From an uncultured Alphaproteobacteria bacterium (GTDB lineage Bacteria > Pseudomonadota > Alphaproteobacteria > Rhizobiales > Hyphomicrobiaceae): a stretch of DNA of 64,000 nucleotides. The stretch lies in NCBI GenBank assembly GCA_963840415.1, contig CAWIYX010000022.1:95199-159198 (forward strand), in the 5' to 3' direction. The notes under the pieces are model-generated. The model was not told where the DNA came from. It did no database searches and saw only the letters and a program-made list of their open reading frames with translations. Every line of letters begins with the position of its first letter. The stretch's first letter is position 1. The translations under genes were made by a program, and so were the position numbers. Below are positions 30,994 to 41,592 of this stretch, piece by piece.

Positions 30994-33900
30994 ATGAACA
31001 ACGCGCTTCTCTACCTCGCCAGCTTTCTCGTGATGGCGCTCGCGGTGCTCTTCGCGGTGCCGTATTTCGTCGACTGGAACAGCTATCGCGGCGTGTTCGA
31101 GGAGGAGGCCTCGCGCATCCTCGGCCGCGAGGTGCGCGTCGGCGGCGCGGTCAACCTGCGCCTCTTGCCCTCCCCGTTCGTGCGCTTCGAGAAGCTCAGG
31201 ATTGCCGACGCCGGCGGCGAGGGCGGCTCGTCGATCTTCCGGGCCGAGAGCTTCATCATGCACCTCTCCGTGCCCCCGCTTCTGCGCGGCGTGCTCGAGG
31301 CCAATCAGGTGGAGCTGAAGCGCCCGACGGTGCAGCTCGCGATCGACAAGAACGGCGTCGGGAACTGGGGGACGATCTCGCTCAATCCCGGGCTCGTTCC
31401 GCTCGTCCCGCGCGACGTGGCGCTGCAGTCGGTCAACCTGATCGACGGCGTGCTCTCCATGCGCGGGCCGGATGGCTCCGAGCTCTTCCGCCTCGAGGAC
31501 ATCGACGGCGAGCTTGCGGCCGAGGCCCTCGATGGACCGTACAAGTTCAGGGGAACCGTCGGATGGGGCGACGGCAAGCGCCTGGTGCGCCTCGCGACGT
31601 CGCGCCCGGGTCCCTCCGGCGACGTGCGTTTCAAGGTTGCGGTCACCGCGTCCGCAAGCGGCAATTCCTACGTTCTCGACGGCCGCGTCGGCGATCTGGC
31701 CTCGCGCCCGCGCATCGAAGGCGATCTCGCCGCCAAGGTGTCGTTGGGCTTCGAGACGGCCGCTTCGAACGAGGGCGCCCCTCCGCCTGCCGCCGAGCCC
31801 GTGCTCGAAGCTCCGGCGCCCCCGCCGGCCTCCGGCCAGCCCGGCGGACTCGAACCCCAGGGATTGGATGTCGTAGTCCCCGCCGAGCCGGCGCCGGGTG
31901 GTCCGACCCAGTTCGACCTGCGCGCCAAGCTCAGCGGCGATGCCATCGGCTTCAAGCTGTCTGATATTGCGGCGACCCTCGAGCAGGGCGGCGCGCCCCA
32001 GCTGATCTCGGGGTCGGCGGCCGCGGCGTGGGGCGATAAGCTGCGCCTCGATGTGGCGCTCGCCTCGCGCTGGCTCGACCTCGACCGCTTCCAAGGCAAT
32101 GGCATGGCGCCGTTCGAGGCGGCGCGCGGCCTCTTCGAATCGTTCGCGGCCCTGCTGCCCGCCGAGGCCGATACGAGCGCCACCTTCGAGGTCGATCAGC
32201 TCAATTTCGGCGGCGAGGCGGTGAGCAACCTGCGCGTGAGCGCGTCGCGCCACGGCGGCCCGCTCGAGCTCAAGGGGCTTCGAGCCAATCTGCCCGGCGG
32301 AACCCGGCTCGGGCTCGACGGCGTGCTGAAGCCCGGGACCGCGGCGCCGCGCTTCGACGGAGCCCTTACCGTCGCCGGCCAGAGCCTGTTGCGCTTCGTT
32401 GGCTGGGGCCTCAAGGACAAATCGATCGCCGAGGGGCGCACCGACGGCCCGTTCGCGCTCGAGGGCCGGCTCGCACTCGGCGACGGCGCCATCGAACTCA
32501 CCGAGGCGAGCGCGGAGATTGCCGCGATGCCGCTTGCGGGCGAGATCAAGCTCGGTCTCGGCGCGCGCAACAAGCTCGTCGTGGCGCTCGAGGGCGCGCG
32601 CGTCGACGTCGGCCAAATCCGCGGCGGGATCGTGGGGCTCGGCTCGCTTCAGGGGCTCCTCGGAGGAACGGCGAAGCGGCGGGCGACGGAGACGGGTTGG
32701 CGCCGGAAGCCGGCAAGCCGCGTTCGCTCGACCTCGCGAAGACCGATGTTGCGCTCTCGCTTCGCATCGCCGAGATCGCCGACGGCGACCGCGTTCTGCG
32801 CGATGTCGCGGCCCGCGTCTCCCTCGAGCAGGGTCGCCTGTCGATCCCGACGCTCAAGTTCGAGACGCCCGAAGGTCTCGCCGTCGACGCCGAAGGCGAG
32901 GCAACCGACGTGCCCGAGCGCCCGAACGGAGCCATTCGCGGGTCGATCGCCGCGCCGACGCCCGCTGCCGCCGCCGCTTTCGTCCGCCTGCTCGATCTCG
33001 ACGACGATGCCAAGCCCGTCGCCGACCGCATCGCGAGCCTCGCGCCGTTTCGGGTTGCGGGGACGCTCGGCTTCGGCGCGAGCGGCGCAAACGATATCGA
33101 CCTCGCTCTCGACGGGACCGTCCGCGACGGCCGCGCCAGCGCCGCGGTGCATCTCGAGGGCGGCCGCAGCGACTGGCGTGCGAAGCCGGTCGACATCACG
33201 GTCACGGCCGACAACCCGCGCGTCGAAGAGCTGCTCGCAGTGGCCTTCGGCCCGTCGGCGGTCCGGAACGCGATCACTGACGGCGCGCCGCGCCCGGGCC
33301 GGCTTTCGATCAAAGCGGCGGGCACGCCGGCGAAGGGCGTGCTCGCCCTCGCATCGATCGCCGCCGAGGGCTTTGCGGTCGATTTCGACGGCCGCGTGGC
33401 CCTGCCCTCCGCCTCCGGCGCCGACGTGACGGGAGGCATACGGGTGGCGGTCGACGACGCACGGGCGCTGCTCGGATTTGCCGGTCTGCCTCTGGCGGAC
33501 GGCGCAGGAGCCACTCAAGTCGCGGGCTCGGCACAGCTCACGATCAAGGACGGCTCCCTGACGCTTGCGGCCAACAACCTGGAGGTCGGCGCTTCGAAGC
33601 TTGGAGGACGCCTCACTCTGGCGCGGCCGGAGGGGAAGCCGGTCTCGCTTGCGGCCGATCTCGCCATCGATCGGGCGACGGTCGCGGGCCTCCTTGCCCC
33701 GGTCCTCGGACGATCGGAGCCGGCTTTGGTGGTGCCGCCGACCCCGACGGCGGCAAAGCCCGTTCCGCCGGCCCAGGGCAAGAGCACGCCGGTGCCGGCG
33801 GCGGTCGCTCCGCCAGGCATCGCGCCCTTCGAGGAGGCCTCCGACATCTGGCCCGAGGCGCCGTTCGACCTTGCCGCGCTCGGCGAGGTCGAGGGCCGCA

Positions 33901-35033
33901 TCACCGCACGCATCGGCACGCTCGCGCTCGAGCCCGGCCTTGCGATCGGCGATGCCCGTCTCACGGCGGTCCTGAGTCCAGGGGGAATAAATGTCGAGAC
34001 GCTCGAGGGCAGCGCTCTCGGCGGCAAGCTCGCCTCGAGCTTCAATATCGAGAAGGCGGCGGCAGGCGTCGGACTTGCCGGCAATCTCAAGATCGATATC
34101 TCGAGCCGCCCCGACGCGGCCCCGCCCGGCGATGTCGCCGCCCTCGCGCTCGACTTCTCGGGGCGGGCGCTGAGCCCCGGCGCGCTCCTCGCCGATCTCA
34201 AGGGCAAGGGGGAGATCACCGTCGGAGACGCCACGCTCTCGGGCATGACGCCGTCGGCCGTGACCGCCGTTACCGAGCAGGCGCTCGCCGGCAAGGGCCC
34301 CGCAGGCGGCGAGGCCCTCGTCCAGGCGATAAAGAACGCACTCAAGGTGGGCGAGCTCAAGCTCGGCAAGATTACGATCCCGGCCGAGCTCAGGGACGGC
34401 GCCGTGCGGCTCGAGAAGGTGCAGCTCGACGCCCAGGACGGCCGCTCGACGTTCTCGACCGCGATCGAGCTCGCCACCATGAAGATCGACAGCGAATGGC
34501 AGATCGAGCCCAAGGTCGCACGAGCCTCGGCGCAGGGGGCGCGCGTCCTGCTTCCGGGCGTGACCGTCGTCTACGTGGGCAAGCTCAAGGATCTCGCCCT
34601 GCTCGAGCCGGCGATCTCTACGGGAGCGCTCGAGCGCGAGCTCACTGTGCGCAAGATGGAGCGCGACGTCGAGGAGCTCGAGCGCCTGCGCAAGCTCGAC
34701 CAGACGCGCGCGAGGGAGGAGGCCGAGCGCATGCGGGCGCTCGAGGCGGAGCGGGCAAAGGCGCTGCGGCTTCAGACCCCCGCTCCGCCACAGCCGACGC
34801 CGCCGGCCGGCGCCGTGCCGCCGCCCGGCGCCGGCGCCCCGGTCGATCCCGCGCTTGAGGACGGGGCGGACGCGACCATAGCGGGTCCCGAGGGCGCCGC
34901 CGGCGATGCCGCCGCGCCGCAGCCGCTGCCCGCCGAGCAGGCGAGCGTGCCCCCGCCTGCGGCATCGCCCACGCCGCGCCGCCGCCGGCCGGTCGACGAG
35001 GCTTGGCGCCCGTTCCGAACAACTCCTTACTGA
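30994..35033 (+). CDS. asmA: AsmA-family protein (frameshift at about 32665, likely sequencing error)
   Basis: N-terminal TM plus PYFVDWNSYR..FE.EASRILGR.V, beta-taco-like repeats; ORFs 30994-33429 and 32697-35033 join by adding 1 nt (1347 codons). Confidence 0.85.
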
Positions 35034-35052
35034 GGAGTGCGGGGCGCGCAGC

Positions 35053-35343
35053 TCAGTCTCGATTTCCGCCATCGTAGCTCGCCGCCGTGCCGCGCCGGCT
35101 CGCGTAGCCCAGAATCCAGACCCGCACGGCGCCCGAAAGGCTCGCCCCGCCGCGCTCCTCGTCGATCTTCGAGACGAGGGCCGCGAGCGAGACGCCTTCG
35201 CGCTGGGCAGCCTCCTTGAGCGCATCCCAGAACGGGGCCTCGAGCGAGATCGACGTGCGATGGCCGCGGATCGCGAACGAGCGCTTGACGGGCCGCGCCG
35301 TGTCGCGTGCGGGGCCGTGGCTTGCCTCAGGACGCGGTCTCAT
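35053..35343 (-). CDS. Ribbon-helix-helix domain protein
   Basis: KRSFAIRGHRTSISLEAPFWDAL...NLS-like SLSGAVRVW; usual partner of DUF4169. Confidence 0.88.
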   Translation of the reverse strand: MRPRPEASHGPARDTARPVKRSFAIRGHRTSISLEAPFWDALKEAAQREGVSLAALVSKIDEERGGASLSGAVRVWILGYASRRGTAASYDGGNRD

Positions 35344-35527
35344 CGTCGTCGGTCTCCCGGCGGTGGGCTTCGAGCCGTCCGCGCTCGAGGCCCTCAATCT
35401 TATCCGCCTTGGCGCGTTCCGACTTCGGGCGGCCGAACTTGGCGCGGTTCTCGGCCGCGCGGCGCTCCTTCTCGGCGCGGACGCGGGCCTTGCGGGCCTT
35501 GCGGAGGTTGATGATCTCGGCGGTCAT
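35327..35527 (-). CDS. DUF4169-family protein
   Basis: AEIINLRKARK...AAENRAKFGRPK. Confidence 0.9.
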   Translation of the reverse strand: MTAEIINLRKARKARVRAEKERRAAENRAKFGRPKSERAKADKIEGLERGRLEAHRRETDDDETAS

Positions 35528-35536
35528 GAGCGAGCC

Positions 35537-35845
35537 TCAGATTCCGGTGAAGAGGATGTCAAGAGCACCGACGATGCGGTGCCACTCGCGCCGCAGGTTC
35601 GTCACGTGGTCCTTTAGGGCCGCGCGCGGCAGCGATGCAAGGTCGGGCGTCAGCAACGTGTAGGCGCGCCCGTCAATCTCGAGGTCCGGGTAGAGACGTG
35701 AGGATGGTCGCTTCAGAGCCGGTGTCAGCGCTGCAACTATGACCGAATCGGTGTCGGCGACCACATCGTGCTGAAGTACGATGAGGAACGGCATGGCCTT
35801 GCGGCTGCGCGGTGTCGGATTGCGGAAAACGTCGTATTGCCGCAT
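35537..35845 (-). CDS. ccdB: CcdB-family toxin (102 aa)
   Basis: [24 protein letters not shown]-terminus ALDILFTGI; ATG overlaps the ccdA stop. Confidence 0.88.
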   Translation of the reverse strand: MRQYDVFRNPTPRSRKAMPFLIVLQHDVVADTDSVIVAALTPALKRPSSRLYPDLEIDGRAYTLLTPDLASLPRAALKDHVTNLRREWHRIVGALDILFTGI

Positions 35846-36084
35846 CAGAACTTCCGCCAGTCGTCGCTCAGAAGTCCGTGCCTCTTGATGAAGCGGTTGT
35901 AGGCTGCATTGGCCGCACGGTTCTCCTCGCGCCACTTGTGCTCGCGCCCCTCCCGCAGCTCTTCGCGTAGCGCTTTCTCGAGCGTCGCGGACATATTGGT
36001 CCCGAGCGCGCGCGCCTCGGCGATGAGGTCGGCGTCGATCGAGAGATTGACGGCGCGCTTCGTGCGCCGCGGCTTGTCCTGCAT
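35845..36084 (-). CDS. ccdA: CcdA-family antitoxin (79 aa)
   Basis: [37 protein letters not shown]; SD GGAG. Confidence 0.9.
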   Translation of the reverse strand: MQDKPRRTKRAVNLSIDADLIAEARALGTNMSATLEKALREELREGREHKWREENRAANAAYNRFIKRHGLLSDDWRKF

Positions 36085-36093
36085 ACAGGTCTC

Positions 36094-36126
36094 CATGCGC
36101 AGCAATCGTGCGCATGATACATGCGC
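36094..36126. promoter_or_regulatory. Putative CcdA operator array
   Basis: Three alternating CATGCGC/GCGCATG boxes at 36094, 36110 and 36120, directly upstream of ccdA. Confidence 0.6.
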
Positions 36127-36154
36127 CCGGACGAGAGGTCAAAAGGCTCGCGCC

Positions 36155-37556
36155 TCACTCCGGCCCGATCATCTTCGATGGATCGACGATGGCGTCGAAC
36201 TCGGCCTCGGTGACGAAGCCGCCGCCGACCGCCTCCTCGCGCAAGGTCGTGCCATTCTTGTGCGCCGTCTTCGCGATCTTCGCCGCCGCGTCGTAGCCGA
36301 TCTTGGGCGCGAGCGCGGTGACGAGCATGAGCGAGCGCTCGAGGCCGGCCTTGATGTTCTCCTCGCGCGGGGTGATGCCGACGACGCAGTTCTCGGTGAA
36401 CGAGGTCGCCGCGTCCGCCATGAGACGCACCGACTGCAGGAAGTTGTAAGCCATCACCGGGTTGTAGACGTTGAGCTCGAAATGGCCCTGGCTGCCGGCG
36501 AACGAGATCGCCGCGTTGTTGCCGAAGATCTGAATGCAGACCTGGGTCAGCGCCTCGCATTGGGTCGGGTTGACCTTGCCCGGCATGATCGAGGAGCCGG
36601 GCTCGTTCTCGGGCAGCGCGAGCTCGCCCAAGCCGGAGCGCGGGCCGGAGCCGAGCAGGCGGATGTCGTTGGCGATCTTGAACAGCGAGGCAGCCACCGT
36701 GTTGATGGCGCCGTGGCTCATGACCATGGCGTCGTGGGCGGCGAGCGCCTCGAACTTGTTCGGCGCGCTCGTGAACGGGAGCTTGGTGATGGCGCGGATG
36801 CGCTCGGCGACCATCTCGGCAAAGCCCTTCGGCGCGTTGAGGCCGGTGCCGACCGCCGTGCCGCCCTGGGCAAGCTGCATGAGATCGGGAAGCGTGCTCT
36901 CGATGCGCCGGATGCCGTTCTCGACCTGCTGGGCGTAGCCCGAGAACTCCTGGCCGAGCGTGAGCGGCGTCGCGTCTTGCGTATGCGTGCGGCCGATCTT
37001 GATGATGCGCTTCCACGCCTGCGCCTTGTCGTTCAAAGCGTTGCGCAGGAGTTGCAGCGCGGGGAGCAGGCGGTGGTGGATCTCCTCGGCGCAGGCGATG
37101 TGCATCGCCGTCGGATAGGTGTCGTTCGACGACTGGCTCATGTTGACGTGGTCGTTGGGGTGGACGGGCTTCTTCGAGCCCATCTCGCCGCCCATGTATC
37201 TCGATCGCCCGGTTCGAGATCACCTCGTTGGCATTCATGTTGGACTGCGTGCCCGACCCCGTCTGCCAGACGACGAGGGGAAAATGCGGGTCGAGCTTGC
37301 CCTCGATCACCTCCTGCGCCGCCTTGACGATCGCCTCGCCGATCCTCGGGTCGAGGCGGCCGAGCGCCATGTTGGTCTCGGCGGCGGCGCGTTTCACGAT
37401 GCCGAGGGCGCGCACGATCGGCGCCGGCTGGCGCTCCCAGCCAATTCGGAAGTTCGCGAGCGAGCGCTCGGCCTGTGCGCCCCAGTATTTGTCGGCGGCG
37501 ACCTCGATCGGGCCGAAGGTATCGGTCTCGGTGCGGGTAGGCTTCTTGGCGGTCAT
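36155..37556 (-). CDS. fumC: Class II fumarate hydratase (frameshift at about 37197, likely sequencing error)
   Basis: [46 protein letters not shown]; removing 1 nt gives 467 codons. Confidence 0.94.
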
Positions 37557-37635
37557 CGGGAGCGTCCAGCATGTTCGACGAATGGTGCACCGCTTAGCAC
37601 GCGGCGCGCACCGGCGCACCAAGGCGAGACTTTTC

Positions 37636-37663
37636 CCCTCTCCCCGCAAGAACGGGGAGAGGG
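37636..37663. repeat. RIME/REP-like palindrome
   Basis: CCCTCTCCCCG-caagaa-CGGGGAGAGGG 11-bp stem, resembling rhizobial intergenic mosaic elements. Confidence 0.65.
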
Positions 37664-38084
37664 AGTTAAGCCGACGTCCTCGCGGCTTGGCGAGCCCGAG
37701 GGGAGAAGACCGGGGAGCGGGGCGGGTCGGGCCTCTCACTCTGATTGGTTGGATGCGGCCTTCGCCGCCCCACTCAGGCACGGGGGCCGTCCGCCGCCAT
37801 TCCCCGGATTGCATCCCTGCCCAGGGCGTCACCAGCATTTTCGCGCTGGCGGCAGCATGTGACTGGGTGCCAGCTTATGGGCCCCAACCGTCCGCGCCGG
37901 CCCAGTCCCTACAAGTCCGCCAGCGCACGTCTGCAGCCCCGGCCGTTGAACTGGGCGGCATAAGTGTAAGCGAGCGAGCGAGGACGGGGATAACATTTTG
38001 GATCTGGCGCGGAGGACAGCGCCAACCTACCTCTCTACGTGGATCACGATGAACGGGGACGCTTGTCCTGCCTTGAAGGAGGCC

Positions 38085-38369
38085 ATGATGATGCGGAAGC
38101 GATATTGCGCCGTTCTGTCCGCCGCCGCTGCACTTGCGGGCGCGGCTCCGCTGCTCTTCGCCGGCGAGGCTCAGGCCTACCGCGGCATCAAGCCCTACTA
38201 CTCGGAGACCTACGAGTTCGACAGGCCGGTCCGAGGCTACGAGGGCTTCCTGTTCCCCGACTACTACTGCTCCTACAAGCGCTACCCGAGGCGGGTCTGC
38301 ACCTACGACCGCAAGGGCAACGAGGTCTGCCGGGTCAAGGGCTGGACGCTGGAGCAGACTTGTCAGTGA
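38085..38369 (+). CDS. Small secreted Tyr/Cys-rich protein (94 aa)
   Basis: SD AAGGAGG, signal peptide ending AQA, four Cys in the mature region, strong GC3 bias. Confidence 0.8.
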   Translation: MMMRKRYCAVLSAAAALAGAAPLLFAGEAQAYRGIKPYYSETYEFDRPVRGYEGFLFPDYYCSYKRYPRRVCTYDRKGNEVCRVKGWTLEQTCQ

Positions 38370-38375
38370 CCGGGT

Positions 38376-38630
38376 CTACGCGTTGCCCGAGCCGCCGGCA
38401 GCCAGGATCGACCGGCGAGCAGGCTTGTGCTTCGGCGCCTTCCTGCGGTCGGGCCCTTCCTGCGACAGCTCCCACTCGAGGCCGCTTCTTTGCGAAGTCG
38501 CATTCTTGGCCTTGAGCATGGCCACGGCAAGCTCGATACGATAGCGGTTTGCCGCCTCGATGTTGCGCATGACTCCGTAGTTGAACCACTCGTGCGCAAT
38601 CGCCTGCGCTGACGTTTCCAAGCCGGTCAT
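38376..38630 (-). CDS. Small hypothetical protein (84 aa)
   Basis: SD GAGGGAG before ATG ACC GGC; helical N-terminus. Confidence 0.5.
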   Translation of the reverse strand: MTGLETSAQAIAHEWFNYGVMRNIEAANRYRIELAVAMLKAKNATSQRSGLEWELSQEGPDRRKAPKHKPARRSILAAGGSGNA

Positions 38631-38999
38631 CTCTTGCACTCCCTCACTTCTTTCCTCAGGCCACGCATGATCGGCAACGCTCTGCCCGCGCGGCTGCGCC
38701 GAAGTTTTCAACGTGCGCGAGCGTGAGTATGTGCGATAGCGCGTGAAAAGCCGTAAACGCGGGAGAAGCGGTAGCGTGAACGGATTCGTAGGAAGCGACT
38801 TGTTTCGATGCGATTGACCGGTCTCCGGACGCGGAGCAACGCGAAATTAAGGCGGCAGACAGGGATCGCTAACTCTCAGAAGCGATTTGCCGGCGGATCT
38901 CAGCGCTTCGCGCCCTCCACTCATCGTGACACATTCTTCACGATCTCGAGGGCTAGGCTCTATGATCCCGCAACCATCGAGTCGTGAACGAGGCACCGC

Positions 39000-39887
39000 A
39001 TGCGTCTCTTGATTGCCGGTTGGCAGGGGCAGGTCGCCAAAGCGTTCGTCGACGTGGCGCCGGGGCGCGACGACATCAGCGCCTGCGCCATCGGCCGTCC
39101 CGCCCTCGACATCTGCGAGCTGCGCAGCATCGAGCGGGCCCTCGGCGACGTGAGGCCGGACATCGTCATCAACACCGCGGGCTACACCGCCGTCGACAAC
39201 GCGGAGATCGAGCCCGAGCGCGCGCTGGCCCTCAATCGCGACGGCGCACGCCTCCTCGCCGAGGCCGCCGCCCGGCGCGGCGTGCCCATCATCCACCTTT
39301 CGACCGACTACGTGTTCGACGGGACAAAGTCGACGCCCTACGACGAGACCGATCTCGCGACGCCGGCCACCGTGTACGGGCGCTCGAAGCTCGAGGGCGA
39401 GGCGGCGGTCAAGGAGGCCAATCCCAGGCACATCATCCTTCGCACGGCGTGGGTCTACAGCCCCTTCGGGCGCAATTTCGTCAAGACGGTGCTCGAGCGG
39501 ATCCGCGCCGGCGAGCCCCTGCGCATCGTCGCCGATCAGCGCGGCAATCCGACCTACGCGCCACATCTGGTCGAAGCCATCCTCGCCATCGCGGGGCGCG
39601 CGACGGCGGCCGACGGAGACGCCTTTCCATGGGGCGTCTATCACGCCGCCGGCGGCGGAGCGGCGAGCTGGTACGAGGTGGCATGCCAGGTCCTCAACTG
39701 CGCCGAAACGCCCGAGGCTGCGCCCGTCGAGATCGCAGCCATTTCGTCGGCGGAGTATCCAACGCGGGCCCGGCGTCCCGCGTACGCCGAGCTCGACTGC
39801 TCGAAGCTCGAGCGCGAGCTCCAGATCCGGCTGCCGGACTGGCAGGGCGGAGTTGCCGAGTGCGTCAAGCGTCTCTTGAGCGGCTGA
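39000..39887 (+). CDS. rfbD: dTDP-4-dehydrorhamnose reductase
   Basis: GWQGQV, AGYTAVD, HLSTDYVFDG, YGRSKLEGE, LRTAWVYS, DQRGNPT. Confidence 0.93.
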   Translation: MRLLIAGWQGQVAKAFVDVAPGRDDISACAIGRPALDICELRSIERALGDVRPDIVINTAGYTAVDNAEIEPERALALNRDGARLLAEAAARRGVPIIHLSTDYVFDGTKSTPYDETDLATPATVYGRSKLEGEAAVKEANPRHIILRTAWVYSPFGRNFVKTVLERIRAGEPLRIVADQRGNPTYAPHLVEAILAIAGRATAADGDAFPWGVYHAAGGGAASWYEVACQVLNCAETPEAAPVEIAAISSAEYPTRARRPAYAELDCSKLERELQIRLPDWQGGVAECVKRLLSG

Positions 39888-40172
39888 CCCACCCTCTCAC
39901 CGTCTTCTCGAATTTCCAGACGGCACTGAGTCAGCCCTGCACCGGTTCGCTCCTGCGACCGCGTCTGCACATTTGGGTCGTAATCCGATGCTGCACCAAA
40001 GCATTTCGGTAGTGCGCAAGCATCTCTTGGCGCTATCTCCGCGCTCTACTTGGAAATATTTCGGTTGATCAGTCTAGACGCACCGCAAAAAGATGATTCC
40101 GATGTTAGTTTACTTCGGTGTTCTGAGTTCCGGAACCGCAGCCGAAACACCTGAAACAGCCAAGGAGCAAGC

Positions 40173-40799
40173 ATGGATCTTCAAGAACAGCGCCTGAATT
40201 GCCTACGCATGGCTTACGAGCTCGGGGGCAAGCCCGAAGCGATCATCGCGGCCGCTAACGCCCTGATGAGCTTCGTTCTGACCGGAGCGACGGGAGCTGC
40301 CGCGCCGGTCGAAGCAGCACCGGCCGAGGCCGCGCCGGTCGAAGCATCGCCCGCCGAGGCCGAGCCGGCTCCGGCCGTCGATGCGATCGCGGCGTGCGGC
40401 ACGGCTCTCGTGATGCCGGAGGGCGGCGACCTTGCCGCTGCAGAGCCGGTTGCGTCCGAGCCGACCGCCCCTGTCGCCGAGGCGGACCCTCAGCCTGAGG
40501 AGCCGGCGGCGGCACCTGCCGAGGCCCAAGCGGAGAGTGCGCCAGAGGAAAGCGTGGCCACCGCCGAGACGCCGCCTGAGGTCGAGGCCACGGCATCGGC
40601 CCCGGCCGAGCCCGTTGCCGAGGCTGCTCCCGCTGCCGAGGCAGAGGCGGGCGACGGGGAGACCGCCGCGGCGGAGCCCCAGCCGGCTCAAGCGGCCGCC
40701 GAGGCCCCGGCTGCCAGCGAAGGAGAAACGACGCCGGAGCCATCTCCGGAGCCAGCTGCCGCAACGAACGGTTCCGGCGAGCCCCACGCCACCGTCTAA
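40173..40799 (+). CDS. Hypothetical protein: short helical N-domain plus acidic Ala/Pro/Glu disordered tail
   Basis: SD AAGGAG; no K/R after residue 20; internal 30-nt tandem duplication 40299-40358. Confidence 0.78.
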   Translation: MDLQEQRLNCLRMAYELGGKPEAIIAAANALMSFVLTGATGAAAPVEAAPAEAAPVEASPAEAEPAPAVDAIAACGTALVMPEGGDLAAAEPVASEPTAPVAEADPQPEEPAAAPAEAQAESAPEESVATAETPPEVEATASAPAEPVAEAAPAAEAEAGDGETAAAEPQPAQAAAEAPAASEGETTPEPSPEPAAATNGSGEPHATV

Positions 40800-40851
40800 C
40801 CGACGCCGCCGACTGAGAAGCTGCACCGCTCTAAACGATGTTCCTCCGTCT

Positions 40852-40880
40852 GGGGGTCGACGCTCCGGCCCCCCTTTTTT
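40852..40880 (+). terminator. Rho-independent terminator
   Basis: GGGGGTCG-acgctc-CGGCCCCC followed by a T6 run. Confidence 0.7.
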
Positions 40881-41044
40881 ACAAGGCCGACATGGCCTTT
40901 CGGCGCTTGTTCGCCACTTGAATTTCTAAGAGAACTGACGCCGCCGTCGTTCTCCGGCCTCGCCCCGCCCACGTGAGCTGCAACCGCCGCCGCGAGATCG
41001 GCATATACGGCACGTGACCTCTCGCTTGCCGAAAGACGCCACCG

Positions 41045-41509
41045 ATGTCGAAACCCCCGTTTCCGCCCTTCACGCTCGAGACCGCGATAACGAAGGTGCG
41101 AATGGCCGAGGACGCCTGGAACACGCGCGATCCCGAGCGCGTGGCGCTGGCCTACACGCCGGGCAGCCAATGGCGCAATCGCAGCGAGTTCCCGCACGGA
41201 CGCGCCGAGATCGTCGCGTTCCTCACGCGCAAGTGGGTGCGAGAGCTCGACTACCGGCTGATCAAGGAGATCTGGGCCTTCGCGGAGAACCGCATCGCGG
41301 TCCGCTTCGCCTACGAGTGGCACGACGACAGCGGCCAATGGTACCGCTCGTACGGCAACGAGAACTGGGAGTTCGAGACCGACGGCCTGATGCGCAAGCG
41401 CTTCGCCAGCATCAACGACCTGCCGATCAAGGAGGCCGACCGCAAGTACCGCTGGCCGCTCGGCCCGCGCCCTGCGGACCATCCGGGTCTGAGCGAGCTC
41501 GGCCTATAG
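41045..41509 (+). CDS. DUF1348 (SnoaL/NTF2-like) protein
   Basis: [50 protein letters not shown]. Confidence 0.92.
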   Translation: MSKPPFPPFTLETAITKVRMAEDAWNTRDPERVALAYTPGSQWRNRSEFPHGRAEIVAFLTRKWVRELDYRLIKEIWAFAENRIAVRFAYEWHDDSGQWYRSYGNENWEFETDGLMRKRFASINDLPIKEADRKYRWPLGPRPADHPGLSELGL

Positions 41510-41536
41510 AAGCGGATCGATCGGGGCGTCGCGGAG

Positions 41537-41562
41537 GGAACCGCCAGCGATCGCGGAGCGTT
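41537..41562 (+). promoter_or_regulatory. EcfG/sigmaT general stress response promoter
   Basis: GGAAC-N17-CGTT, 30 nt upstream of the ATG at 41593. Confidence 0.6.
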
Positions 41563-41592
41563 GCTTTCCGACGAGGCAATCTTTGGAAGGCA

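Noticed and set aside
35868-37838. 656-aa ORF that seems to fuse fumC with downstream sequence
   Set aside because: Produced by the single-base insertion at about 37197; after it the frame is nonsense and overlaps ccdA.
40299-40358. Short tandem repeats (also 25548-25619) as a CRISPR or repeat array
   Set aside because: Only two imperfect in-frame copies inside coding linkers; no spacers and no cas genes.
40173-40799. PopZ assignment for the acidic disordered protein
   Set aside because: It lacks the N-terminal MEEILASIRRII motif and the C-terminal helical DUF2497 domain.
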